Assembly: GCA_963841915.1 (NCBI GenBank) | Contig: CAWJEN010000005.1 | Location: 960,001-1,024,000, forward strand | Reading direction: 5' to 3' | DNA: 64,000 bases | DNA from: an uncultured Planctomycetota bacterium | Lineage (GTDB): Bacteria; Planctomycetota; Phycisphaerae; Tepidisphaerales; Tepidisphaeraceae | In this document: positions 8,254 through 17,294 of the stretch, piece after piece | Layout of the letters: each line of letters starts with the position of its first letter | Numbering within the stretch: the stretch's first letter is position 1 | Position numbers and translations under genes: made by a program | Notes under the pieces: model-generated | Seen by the model: only the letters and a program-made list of their open reading frames with translations | Told to the model about the DNA's origin: nothing | Database searches by the model: none

Positions 8254-8502
8254 GGCGTGGCGGTAAAGCTGCTTCGAAACCGGCGGGCGTCATCGCCCGT
8301 TCGGGTGGGGAACCTAGGACCGGCTGGTGCTTTTGTCCACCGGTCGCTTCAATGTCCGTACTCCGATCCGGGCCGACGGATTATTGCAATGTTGCTACAG
8401 TTACGCTGTCAGGCGAACCATCTGTCTGATCGGGGGTCACACCGGTGGGTGACTCCGCCGTTGCGGAAGTCGCACGCTACATTGACTGCACCTTTTTCTA
8501 TA

Positions 8503-9279
8503 ATGGCCGAGCTACTGGACACAACGCGAACTCGAGCCGAAGCTTTGCTTGGTCACGTGTTCGATCGTCCGGCGCTCTTACTTGAGGCGTTGACACACAC
8601 CAGTGCTGCCGCCGACCGAATGGCCAGTAACGAGCGGCTCGAATTTCTTGGCGATGCCGTCCTCGAGCTTGTCGTCTGTGACCTGCTCTACACCGACTTC
8701 CCAGAGAGCCGCGAAGGCGACATGACGACCATGAAGTCGGCTGTCGTCAGTCGCCGCACCTGTGCGGCCATCGCCCGGGCGACGGGATTGGCCGATTTGC
8801 TGCTCGTCGGCAAAGGCATTCTGAACCGCCGACAGATCCCGGCGTCGCTGGCGGCAGGGGTATACGAAAGCGTTGTCGCTGCTCTTTATCTCGATGGTGG
8901 CTACGAGTCGGCCAGGCTTTTTGTTACCCGCACCATGCGACCGCACATTGAGGCGCTCCGCCAGAGCGAGCACGGCGAGCATGGGCACAACTTCAAGGCC
9001 ATGTTGCAGCAGCACGTACAGCGTGAGCTCAATGACGCTCCGCGGTACGAACTGCTCGATGAGAAGGGGCCTGATCACAGCCGCTGTTTTGAGGTGTGTG
9101 TCATCATCGACAACGACCGCTTCGAGGGTGCGTGGGGCCCGAGCAAAAAGACGGCTGAGCAAAAGGCGGCCCTCGTGGCGTTGCTGAAGCTCAATGCCAT
9201 CTCGCCCGACGAGTACGCCTCGGCCATCACCACCGTTGATCAGTTGGCCCCGCAGCCACTTTCACACGAGACCGACTGA
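8503..9279 (+). CDS. rnc: Ribonuclease III
   Basis: ALTHTS, NERLEFLGDAVL, C-terminal dsRBD (GPDH, SKKTAEQKAA). Confidence 0.95.
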   Translation: MAELLDTTRTRAEALLGHVFDRPALLLEALTHTSAAADRMASNERLEFLGDAVLELVVCDLLYTDFPESREGDMTTMKSAVVSRRTCAAIARATGLADLLLVGKGILNRRQIPASLAAGVYESVVAALYLDGGYESARLFVTRTMRPHIEALRQSEHGEHGHNFKAMLQQHVQRELNDAPRYELLDEKGPDHSRCFEVCVIIDNDRFEGAWGPSKKTAEQKAALVALLKLNAISPDEYASAITTVDQLAPQPLSHETD

Positions 9280-9286
9280 AGTTCAC

Positions 9287-10237
9287 TCAGCCGACGCGCT
9301 GCATCACCTCGTCGACGGCCAGATCATCCAGGTCGGGCGTTGTCAGCAATTCGACGCGAGGCCCGATAGGCCGCCACGCGGCTGGTTTGGAATGCGGGCC
9401 GTACAACGCGATCGTCCGCAGTCCCGCCACGGCCGCCAGGTGCGTCGGGCCTGTGTCGTGACCGACATACAAGCCGATGCCGCGAAGCAGGAACCAAAGC
9501 TCTGACAAGTCCTTGGGCACCTGCACGTCGCCGGCTGCTTCGAGCGCCTGACGATCCTGCGACGACAACGCTTCTAGTTCTGCCTCACCCAGCACGAATC
9601 TCACGCGACGCCCTTGCTGTTTGAGCCGGCCTGCGAGCTCGAGCCAGTTCGAGAGGGGCCAGTTCTTCTTAGCCGAGCCGCTGCCGACGTGCAGCAACGC
9701 CGGGCCACTGGCGTCGTGGAGCTTGGACGCAAGACCGGTCTTAGCGATGGAGTCGACGATGCCCGCCGCCCCGGCTTGCAAGGGCGGATGGTCGCTCAGC
9801 TGCTCGATGAGGTGCTCCATCGCATGGCGGTCGACGAGTTCCGCAGGTGGCGGCGTCAGGCGAACCTTTGCCGCGTCCGGAGCTACCTCGGCCACGCGAT
9901 CGGCCCACGCATCCGTTGCCACGAGCGAGATAACGTGACTCGCGCCGGCCAGGAGCTTTCGCGGCCGATCGGGTAGCGGGGCCGACCCGAACAACGTCTG
10001 CCAACCGCCTTCGACGTCGCGATGCTCGATCCGCAGCACACTCTCTGCCAGCCTGCCGCGATCGCCTCCGACAACGGCAATGACGCGCGATTGCGCCAGT
10101 ACCCGGGCCGCCCCCAGCAGGATGGGCCACGTCATGATGAAGTCACCGAGCCCGCCGCTGTGGAACAGCAAGACGTTCCGCCCACCGCCCGGGCGTTGTC
10201 CAGGTTCGGGAAGTCGAGGCAGTCGCGTCGCCGGCAC
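9287..10237 (-). CDS. Glycosyltransferase family 9 (heptosyltransferase-like)
   Basis: GGLGDFI, HVGSGSAKKNWP, GHDTGPTHLAA, ALYGP motifs. Confidence 0.88.
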   Translation of the reverse strand: MPATRLPRLPEPGQRPGGGRNVLLFHSGGLGDFIMTWPILLGAARVLAQSRVIAVVGGDRGRLAESVLRIEHRDVEGGWQTLFGSAPLPDRPRKLLAGASHVISLVATDAWADRVAEVAPDAAKVRLTPPPAELVDRHAMEHLIEQLSDHPPLQAGAAGIVDSIAKTGLASKLHDASGPALLHVGSGSAKKNWPLSNWLELAGRLKQQGRRVRFVLGEAELEALSSQDRQALEAAGDVQVPKDLSELWFLLRGIGLYVGHDTGPTHLAAVAGLRTIALYGPHSKPAAWRPIGPRVELLTTPDLDDLAVDEVMQRVG

Positions 10238-10279
10238 GTTTGAAGCGTAGAGGCGGTCGCTTAAGGACCAAGGTCGACG

Positions 10280-10627
10280 TTAATCGGCGTCGCGGGCCGC
10301 TTGCTTCTTCTCGGCAACGGCCTCACGGCGACGCTCCCGCTCGAGCTCCGGTAACCGCTCCCGCTGCTGAGGTGTCAGCACGGCCATCACCTGCTCCTTC
10401 TCCTGAACACGCAACGCCCGCATCTGCCGAAGAATCTCCGTCCGCACCGCGATGATCTCTTGCTCCTGTCCGGGCGTCAGATCATCGAGCAACGAGTAAG
10501 GCAACGTTACCCGCACGTTCGGCCGCGTCGCCGGCTTCGTCGCCGGCTCGTCCTCCGCAATAGCCACTCCTGTCGCGGCAGCGGCCAGGGCGAGGACAAC
10601 GATCACGACGCGAAGCGGATGACGCAT
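10280..10627 (-). CDS. Small exported protein with two LTxxQ motifs (Spy/CpxP-like)
   Basis: Signal peptide MRHPLRVVIVVLALAAAATGVAIA, ATKPATRP linker, LTPGQ and LTPQQ. Confidence 0.65.
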   Translation of the reverse strand: MRHPLRVVIVVLALAAAATGVAIAEDEPATKPATRPNVRVTLPYSLLDDLTPGQEQEIIAVRTEILRQMRALRVQEKEQVMAVLTPQQRERLPELERERRREAVAEKKQAARDAD

Positions 10628-10725
10628 GGATCGTCTTGTACCCACTAGCGAGTAGCCTGCACAAGAATGAAGCGAAAACGCAACAGACGGCAAGCCAGCA
10701 TGCTCGGCGTCCGATTCAACCAGCG

Positions 10726-11784
10726 TTAGAACAGAGACCGGTCGCCGTTGTTGCTCGTCGACGGTTGTACGTTCGCGTCGGCCTCGGCCACCACGTCGGG
10801 CTTGAGCAGCCGCGTGTTGAGCGACTTCATGTGGGCTGTCCACCGCGACGGATCGTTGGCCGCGTCACCTGTGCGGCTGGCGGCGAGGGCCATCGTCATC
10901 TTGGCGTCGAGGTTCTCGACCATGTGCACGAAGATCGCCTCGGGCGTGGCAGGCGTCTTGGCGCTGCCAAAGCCCAGCTCGTGGTCGCCGTGATGGCTCA
11001 GCACGATGTGCTGCAGGACATCGATCAGCTCGCGTGGCACATCCACACTTGCCTGCTGGGCCTTCTCTTCGACCCACATCGCGCCTTTGACGAGGTGCCC
11101 GATCAGCCGTCCCTCCGACGTGTAGTCGAAGCCGGTTTCGTACGACAGTTCCCAGGTCTTTGCGAGGTCGTGGATGAAGACACCCAGCACGCACAACTCG
11201 CGGTTCAGGCCGTCGTACAGGCGGGCCAGCGTGTCGGCGGCGCGCATGGCGTTGGTGGTGTGCTCGAGCAGGCCGCCCAGAAACGCGTGGTGCATCGCCA
11301 TCGCTGCCGGTGCCTTGCGGAAGTTGCTCATGAGCTCCTCGTCCGCCAGGTAGGCCGCGGCTATCGCCCGCAGCGTCGGTGACTTGAAACCTTCGAGCAT
11401 CGCCTTCACCTCGGCGAACATGGCGTCGACGTCCTTGTCCGTCTTGGCCAGCAGTTCGCCGTAGTCGACGCTGTCCGGGTCGCGAAGCTGCAGGATTTTC
11501 TCGACCTTGAGCTGCGGGCGGCCGTTGAACTCTTCGACGACCGCCTTGAGTCGCACCACGCCCGGATTGGGCAAACGGCGGAACATGGCCTCGCCCTGAT
11601 CCCACCAGTTGGCCGGGACGCTGCGGGTTCGGTCGCTGACCTGCATCGACAGGAATGGGTCGCCGCGCTTGTTCGTGCGCAACTGCACACCGCTGATGAC
11701 GTAGGCCTCGTCTGTCCGTTCGCCGGGCGAGAGGTCGCTGAGGAAGCGCCGCGGTGCGGGTCCTGCGTTGCTGTCGTCGCTCAT
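10726..11784 (-). CDS. yhaM: 3'-5' exoribonuclease YhaM family (OB + HD)
   Basis: OB fold (PFLSMQVSDRT), PAAMAMHHAFLGGLLEHT, IHDLAK, GRLIGH, HIVLSHHG, TPEA. Confidence 0.88.
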   Translation of the reverse strand: MSDDSNAGPAPRRFLSDLSPGERTDEAYVISGVQLRTNKRGDPFLSMQVSDRTRSVPANWWDQGEAMFRRLPNPGVVRLKAVVEEFNGRPQLKVEKILQLRDPDSVDYGELLAKTDKDVDAMFAEVKAMLEGFKSPTLRAIAAAYLADEELMSNFRKAPAAMAMHHAFLGGLLEHTTNAMRAADTLARLYDGLNRELCVLGVFIHDLAKTWELSYETGFDYTSEGRLIGHLVKGAMWVEEKAQQASVDVPRELIDVLQHIVLSHHGDHELGFGSAKTPATPEAIFVHMVENLDAKMTMALAASRTGDAANDPSRWTAHMKSLNTRLLKPDVVAEADANVQPSTSNNGDRSLF

Positions 11785-11814
11785 GGTTGGTTGTAGGGCC
11801 GGCTAGAACATGGC

Positions 11815-12780
11815 ATGCAACTCGACCAGGTTCGCTGGGGCATCCTCGGCTGCGGAGACGTGACGGAAGTCAAGGGCGGGCCTTCGGCAATGAACCGCGA
11901 CGACGGGTCGAGTCGTGTCGTCGCCTGCATGCGGCGTGATGGAGACAAGGCCGCTGACTATGCGAAGCGACACGACGTCGCCCGCTCGTACGACAGCGCC
12001 GACGCGCTCCTGGCCGACGAGAAGGTAAATGCAATCTACGTTGCGACACCACCGAACGGTCATATGGAGCTGGCCATCAGGGCCGCGGCGGCGGGTAAGC
12101 CGTGCTACGTCGAGAAGCCGATGGCGCGGTCATTTGCCGAGTGCCAGCGGATGAACGTTGCGTTTGCCGACGCGAAATTACCGCTGTTCGTCGCCTACTA
12201 CCGCCGCCGGTTGCCGCGCTTTGTCGAGGCCAAGCGTCTTATCGAGTCCGGCAAACTCGGCGACGTGACGGGCATTCGTTACGACTTTGCCCGGCCGTTC
12301 CAGCCCGATCGCGACCACGGCTGGCGGGCGACGCCCGAGGTCTCCGGTGGGGGCCTGTTCCTCGACCTTGCCAGTCACCTGTTGGACCTCTTCGACGAAC
12401 TGCTCGGCCCGCTGTCAAACGTCGGAGGCACGGCATTTGGTCAGCCCGGTGACGACCGTGTGGCCATGAGCTTCGGCCAGCCGGGCGACATCATCGGCGG
12501 TGCGACGTGGAACTTCGCCGCCTCGCGTCGTGCAGACACGATCCAAATCGACGGCACCGAGGCGACGCTGACAATGTCGTGTTTCGGGAACGAGCCGCTT
12601 GTGCTGACGCCACTCGACGGCGAGCCAGAGTCGGTTCATTGTCCGCACCACAGACATGTGCAGCGGTACCTCATGGATGACATCATCGCCGAACTGCTGG
12701 GTCGCGGCAGTTGTCCGAGCACAGGCATTTCTGCGGCCAGGACCAGCCGAGTTATGGACGAGGCGCTGGGCCTGCTCTGA
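11815..12780 (+). CDS. Gfo/Idh/MocA family oxidoreductase
   Basis: WGILGCG, YVATPP, YVEKPMA, SGGGLFLDLASH. Confidence 0.92.
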   Translation: MQLDQVRWGILGCGDVTEVKGGPSAMNRDDGSSRVVACMRRDGDKAADYAKRHDVARSYDSADALLADEKVNAIYVATPPNGHMELAIRAAAAGKPCYVEKPMARSFAECQRMNVAFADAKLPLFVAYYRRRLPRFVEAKRLIESGKLGDVTGIRYDFARPFQPDRDHGWRATPEVSGGGLFLDLASHLLDLFDELLGPLSNVGGTAFGQPGDDRVAMSFGQPGDIIGGATWNFAASRRADTIQIDGTEATLTMSCFGNEPLVLTPLDGEPESVHCPHHRHVQRYLMDDIIAELLGRGSCPSTGISAARTSRVMDEALGLL

Positions 12781-12843
12781 GGCTTGTTTGCCTGCGGCGT
12801 CATCGCTACTTGAAGCCGGCCGGTTGCCGCTCAACCCTTGTAA

Positions 12844-13734
12844 ATGCTCGAATCGCCTGCACGTTTAGTCCTCGGTCTTGGCGAAGTGCTCTGGGATCTG
12901 CAGCCGCACGGCAAACAGCTGGGTGGGGCACCGGCCAACTTTGCCTACCACGTTAACGCCCAGGGCATTGCCGCGGCACCAGTGTCGGCCGTCGGTGAAG
13001 ACAAACTCGGCCGCGAGCTCCTTGCGGAGCTTTCGTCGCGCGGGGTCGACACAGCATTCGTCCAAACTGCGGCGGGCATGCCGACCAGCACCGTTGATGT
13101 TGAGCTTGACGATGGCAAGCCCACCTACACGATCCACGAGGGCGTCGCCTGGGACCGCATCAACTTCACAGAGGCACTCGAGACGGCGGCGAAGTCGGCA
13201 CGTGCTGTCTGCTACGGCACGCTCGCTCAACGCGGCACCGTCAGCCGAGAGACGATCACCCGCATCCTTAGAGCGACGCCGGACGATTGCCTACGCGTCT
13301 TCGATGTGAATCTGCGGCAAAGCTTCTGGGACAAGGCGATCATCACGAACGGCCTGACGTACGCGACGGTGTTCAAGCTGAGTGACGAAGAAGTTGACGA
13401 CGTGGCGAGCGCGCTCGACCTGCCGAGCGATCCGCAGCGCTTCACTGAGGAGCTGCTCGTGCGTTTCGAAAATCTGGACCTGCTCATCATCACCCGCGGC
13501 GGCGACGGCAGCACGCTGCGGCGGCGTTCAGGTGAGACGAGCCAGCATGGAACGGAGAAGGCCGATGTCGTTAGCACCGTCGGTGCGGGTGACAGCTTTA
13601 CTGCGGGCGTGGTGGCCGGCTTGCTTAAGGGGCAGCCGCTGGGCCTGACGCACGCATTTGCCTCGAAGCTGGCCGCCTACGTCGTGAGTCGGTCCGGTGC
13701 GATGCCGACATTGCCCGACGATCTGCGGTTGTAG
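12844..13734 (+). CDS. PfkB family carbohydrate kinase (fructokinase-like)
   Basis: GEVLWD, GGAPANFA, FDVNLR, STVGAGDSF. Confidence 0.92.
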   Translation: MLESPARLVLGLGEVLWDLQPHGKQLGGAPANFAYHVNAQGIAAAPVSAVGEDKLGRELLAELSSRGVDTAFVQTAAGMPTSTVDVELDDGKPTYTIHEGVAWDRINFTEALETAAKSARAVCYGTLAQRGTVSRETITRILRATPDDCLRVFDVNLRQSFWDKAIITNGLTYATVFKLSDEEVDDVASALDLPSDPQRFTEELLVRFENLDLLIITRGGDGSTLRRRSGETSQHGTEKADVVSTVGAGDSFTAGVVAGLLKGQPLGLTHAFASKLAAYVVSRSGAMPTLPDDLRL

Positions 13735-13787
13735 GGACGCTTGCTGCCTCGCATTTGAGCACGCTGCCTCTCCTACGGTCACCGCCC

Positions 13788-15155
13788 ATGTCATCAGGCG
13801 ATGCCGACTTTCTCGTTCATCAGCTCGACAACGGCCTCGTTGTTCTGGCCGAGCACATGCCGGGTATGCGATCGGCGGCGATGGAGTTGCACGTCCCGGC
13901 CGGTGGCGCGACCGATCCCGTCGAGCGGTGCGGCAGCGCCAACGTGCTGTCGGAGATGGTCCTCCGCGGTGCAGGCGGCCGCGATGCTCGACAACTGACC
14001 GAATACCTCGACGGCCTTGGCTTGTGGCGTAGCAGCGGCACCGGAACCTTGTCGACCCGCTTCAGCGCAAGCGGACTTGCATCGCACGTGATGCACGGAT
14101 TGAAAGCCCACGCCGACATCGTGAGAAGGCCACATCTGCACGAAGACGCCTTCGGCCCGAGCGTTGATTTGGCCCTTCAGTCGCTCGAAGGCCTTGCCGA
14201 CAATCCACAGGGCCTTGCAATGGTCAAGCTCCGCGAGTGGGCATGGCCCGGTCCATTCAGCCGCAACCCTGCCGGTGAGCTCGATCACCTCGAGAAGCTC
14301 ACGGCGGAAGGGCTCAAAGACGATTTCGTCGCACGGTTCAGACCCGACGGGGCGGTGCTGTCCATCGCGGGTGACATCGACCAGAACAACGTGCGGGACG
14401 ATGCCGAGCGTTTCTTTGGTGACTGGCAAGGCCCGAAGCGGCCGGTCGTGGATGTGACGCCGTCGGCCGGTGACTTCCTGTTCATCGAGCAGGACGTCCA
14501 GCAGACGCACATCGCCCTTGCTTATCCGACGCCTGCCGAGTCGAGGCGAGATTACTATTTGTCACGCCTGGCCGTCGAGTGCCTTAGCGGCGGCATGAGT
14601 GGCCGGCTGTTCGACCGCATCCGCGAACGGCAGGGGTTGTGCTACAGCATATTTGCCAGCTACGCGAGCTTGGCCGCCGTCGAGACGGGGCCGAGCGACG
14701 ACGACGACTTTGCGAGCATCTTCTGCTACGCGGGCACGAGCAACGAGCGGGCCCAGGAGACGCTCGACGCGCTTGTCCGCGAACTCGTCATAATGCGTGA
14801 AGGTGTGACGGCTGACGAGTTGCGACGGGCGAAGATCGGTCTGAAGGCGGGCACGGTCACGAGCGGCGAAAGCACCTCCGCCCGGGCCGGCGCGTTGGCC
14901 CGCGACTGGCAGGTCCGCCGCCGACTGCGCTCGCTCGATGAGATCGTTGCCGCCATTGATGCGATCACGCTCGACGACGTCAACGCTTGGCTCGCGGCCA
15001 ACCCGGCCGGGCCGTTCACGGTTGTGTTGATCGGGCCCAAGCCGCTGGACGTGCCTGACGACGGTGGAACGCGAAGGGGCCAAGGAGGCAAAGGCCCGCG
15101 GAGATCGGACGGCGGTGCGGGTGAGGCGTCAATCGACTCGCTGCACACGCCTTAA
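13788..15155 (+). CDS. M16 family peptidase, non-catalytic subunit
   Basis: LDNGL start, GGMSGRLFDRIRERQGLCY; HXXEH replaced by NVLSE. Confidence 0.85.
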   Translation: MSSGDADFLVHQLDNGLVVLAEHMPGMRSAAMELHVPAGGATDPVERCGSANVLSEMVLRGAGGRDARQLTEYLDGLGLWRSSGTGTLSTRFSASGLASHVMHGLKAHADIVRRPHLHEDAFGPSVDLALQSLEGLADNPQGLAMVKLREWAWPGPFSRNPAGELDHLEKLTAEGLKDDFVARFRPDGAVLSIAGDIDQNNVRDDAERFFGDWQGPKRPVVDVTPSAGDFLFIEQDVQQTHIALAYPTPAESRRDYYLSRLAVECLSGGMSGRLFDRIRERQGLCYSIFASYASLAAVETGPSDDDDFASIFCYAGTSNERAQETLDALVRELVIMREGVTADELRRAKIGLKAGTVTSGESTSARAGALARDWQVRRRLRSLDEIVAAIDAITLDDVNAWLAANPAGPFTVVLIGPKPLDVPDDGGTRRGQGGKGPRRSDGGAGEASIDSLHTP

Positions 15156-15211
15156 CCTTCGGCTTGCTTCCTTGTTCTGCAAACTTCGGCTCCTTCGCTC
15201 CTTCGAGAATT

Positions 15212-16426
15212 ATGCCTGACCACTTCGAACACAAGCTCGACAACGGCCTGACGATCCTCGCCGAGCCGACGCCGACGGCGCGATCGTTTGCGTGTGGTCT
15301 CTTCGTCCGGACCGGTACGCGGGACGAGCCGGTGCGGCTCAACGGCGTCAGTCACTTTCTCGAACACATGATGTTCAAAGGCAGCGAGCAACGCGACGCG
15401 GCCGAGATGAACCGCGTGTTCGACGACCTCGGAGCCAACTACAACGCGTTCACAACGCAGGAGATGACCGCGTACTACGCGTCGGTGCTGCCGGAATACA
15501 CGGCAGACGTGATGGAGCACATGGGTCACTTGTTCCGTCCGGCACTGCGGGAGGCCGACTTCGAGACGGAAAAGCAGGTAATACTGGAAGAGATCGCCAT
15601 GTACGCCGACGATCCGGGGCACCGCGTGCTCGAGGAGCTGACGGCAAAGCATTACGCGGGTCACCCTTTGGAGATGAGCATCCTCGGTCCTGCTGCGACG
15701 ATCGAGGGGATGGCCCGGGACGACATGGCTGCCTACCTGAGTGAGCATTATGGCCCGCGCAACACGGTGCTGAGCGTGACGGGGCAGTTTGACTTCGATC
15801 AGGTCGTGAAGCTGGCCGAGCGGCACTACGGCCATTGGGAGCCGGTCGGCTTCGAGCGCGAGCACCCGCCCGTCAAGCAGGCGAGCGGTCGCTTCGACAT
15901 GACCGACCCCAAGCTCAGCCGACGATACGTAACGGCGTTGTGTCCCGGGCCAGACGCCACGGATAACGCCCGCTACACGGCCAAAGTGCTGTGCGACCTC
16001 ATCGGCGACGGTGACGGCAGCCGGCTGTATTGGGCGCTGGTCGATAACGCCATCTGCGAAGAGGCCGACTTCTCGCATTGGCCTAGCGATGGCGTCGGCA
16101 GCTACGCCTTGTCGCTCACGTGCGACCCTAAGCGGGGCGAACAGGCGCTGGTTATTGCGCTGGCTGAGCTGAAGCGGGTGGTAAGTGATTTGGACGACTC
16201 GGAACTCGAACGGGCCAAGAACAAGATCGCCGGTGGCAGCGTGATCCACGGCGAAAGCCCGCTTGGCCGCATGCGGGCGATCGGCGGCGGTTGGGTCTAC
16301 GACGGCAGGTACCGCCGACTAGACGACGAGCTCAACGCGATTCTGGCCGTCACGCGGAGCGACGTGTTGGCGCTGCTGGAGCGGTTCCCATTCGAGCCGA
16401 TGACGGTCGTCACGCTCGGCCCGTAG
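15212..16426 (+). CDS. M16 family zinc peptidase, catalytic subunit
   Basis: GVSHFLEHMMFKG, NAFT, EKQVILEEI. Confidence 0.92.
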   Translation: MPDHFEHKLDNGLTILAEPTPTARSFACGLFVRTGTRDEPVRLNGVSHFLEHMMFKGSEQRDAAEMNRVFDDLGANYNAFTTQEMTAYYASVLPEYTADVMEHMGHLFRPALREADFETEKQVILEEIAMYADDPGHRVLEELTAKHYAGHPLEMSILGPAATIEGMARDDMAAYLSEHYGPRNTVLSVTGQFDFDQVVKLAERHYGHWEPVGFEREHPPVKQASGRFDMTDPKLSRRYVTALCPGPDATDNARYTAKVLCDLIGDGDGSRLYWALVDNAICEEADFSHWPSDGVGSYALSLTCDPKRGEQALVIALAELKRVVSDLDDSELERAKNKIAGGSVIHGESPLGRMRAIGGGWVYDGRYRRLDDELNAILAVTRSDVLALLERFPFEPMTVVTLGP

Positions 16427-16434
16427 CGTCTTTC

Positions 16435-16686
16435 ATGCCGATCGAACGCAACGACGGTGCCGACGCTTTCTTTGGTGGCGACATGTTCGGTCTCTTCGCA
16501 GCCGACCACGAGGTCTCGCGGTTGCAACGCGTGATGGCCTTCTGTGAAGCGAGCATGGACGACGTACTCATCTGCCCGGTGACGCGAGAGCGGGTGCGGT
16601 TCTACCTCGACGTCGATGCTGAGGTAACGCGTCGGGCCGACGTGCTGGAGCTCGAAAAGCAGTGGAACCCTCTGCGTCGGATGTGA
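16435..16686 (+). CDS. Hypothetical protein (83 aa)
   Basis: ATG 9 nt after the M16 stop; fills the gap before NUDIX; plausible composition. Confidence 0.55.
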   Translation: MPIERNDGADAFFGGDMFGLFAADHEVSRLQRVMAFCEASMDDVLICPVTRERVRFYLDVDAEVTRRADVLELEKQWNPLRRM

Positions 16687-16721
16687 TCGCTTGGCCGTCG
16701 TCACTTTCGTAAGCTGCCGGC

Positions 16722-17252
16722 TTGGACCTCGACCGCTTCAGACGACAGATCAGCGACAGCAATGACGAGGCGTCAGCTCGGATGGTGCAGTTGCTGGACG
16801 ATGCCGGGCTGGTGGCGTTCGAGCGGTCGCACTTTGACCCCGGTCATTTCACCGCCAGTGCCTTCGTGTTGTCGCCCGACAAGGCGTCGCTGCTGCTGAT
16901 TCGGCACGCCAAGCTCAACCGCTGGCTCCAACCGGGCGGGCACATCGACACCACCGACGCGTCGCCACTTCACGCGGCCCGGCGCGAACTGCTCGAAGAG
17001 ACCGGCCTGCATCGCGTGACGGGTGACCGTGAGATTTTCGACCTCGACATTCATCCGATCCCGGCCAACTCGAAGAAGAACGAGCCGCCGCACGAGCACT
17101 TTGACGTGCGGTTCCTGTTCCACGCGGCGAGCGAGGGCCTGGTCGCCGGCGACGATGCGCTGGCCGCCAAGTGGGTGCCGTTGGGTGACGTCGCATCGAC
17201 GGTCGACGACGCCAGTCTCCGCCGCGTCGCCCAGCGACTGCTGCGTTCATGA
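16722..17252 (+). CDS. NUDIX hydrolase
   Basis: HFTASAFV, WLQPGGH...AARRELLEETGL Nudix box, HEHFDVRF. Confidence 0.92.
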   Translation: MDLDRFRRQISDSNDEASARMVQLLDDAGLVAFERSHFDPGHFTASAFVLSPDKASLLLIRHAKLNRWLQPGGHIDTTDASPLHAARRELLEETGLHRVTGDREIFDLDIHPIPANSKKNEPPHEHFDVRFLFHAASEGLVAGDDALAAKWVPLGDVASTVDDASLRRVAQRLLRS

Positions 17253-17294
17253 ACTCTGCGGCCGACCCGAACCGATGCCGACTATCCTCGCGGC

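Noticed and set aside
8254..8502. oriC between rpmH and rnc
   Set aside because: No TTWTNCACA cluster or AT-rich unwinding element seen; only one weak ttgtccacc.
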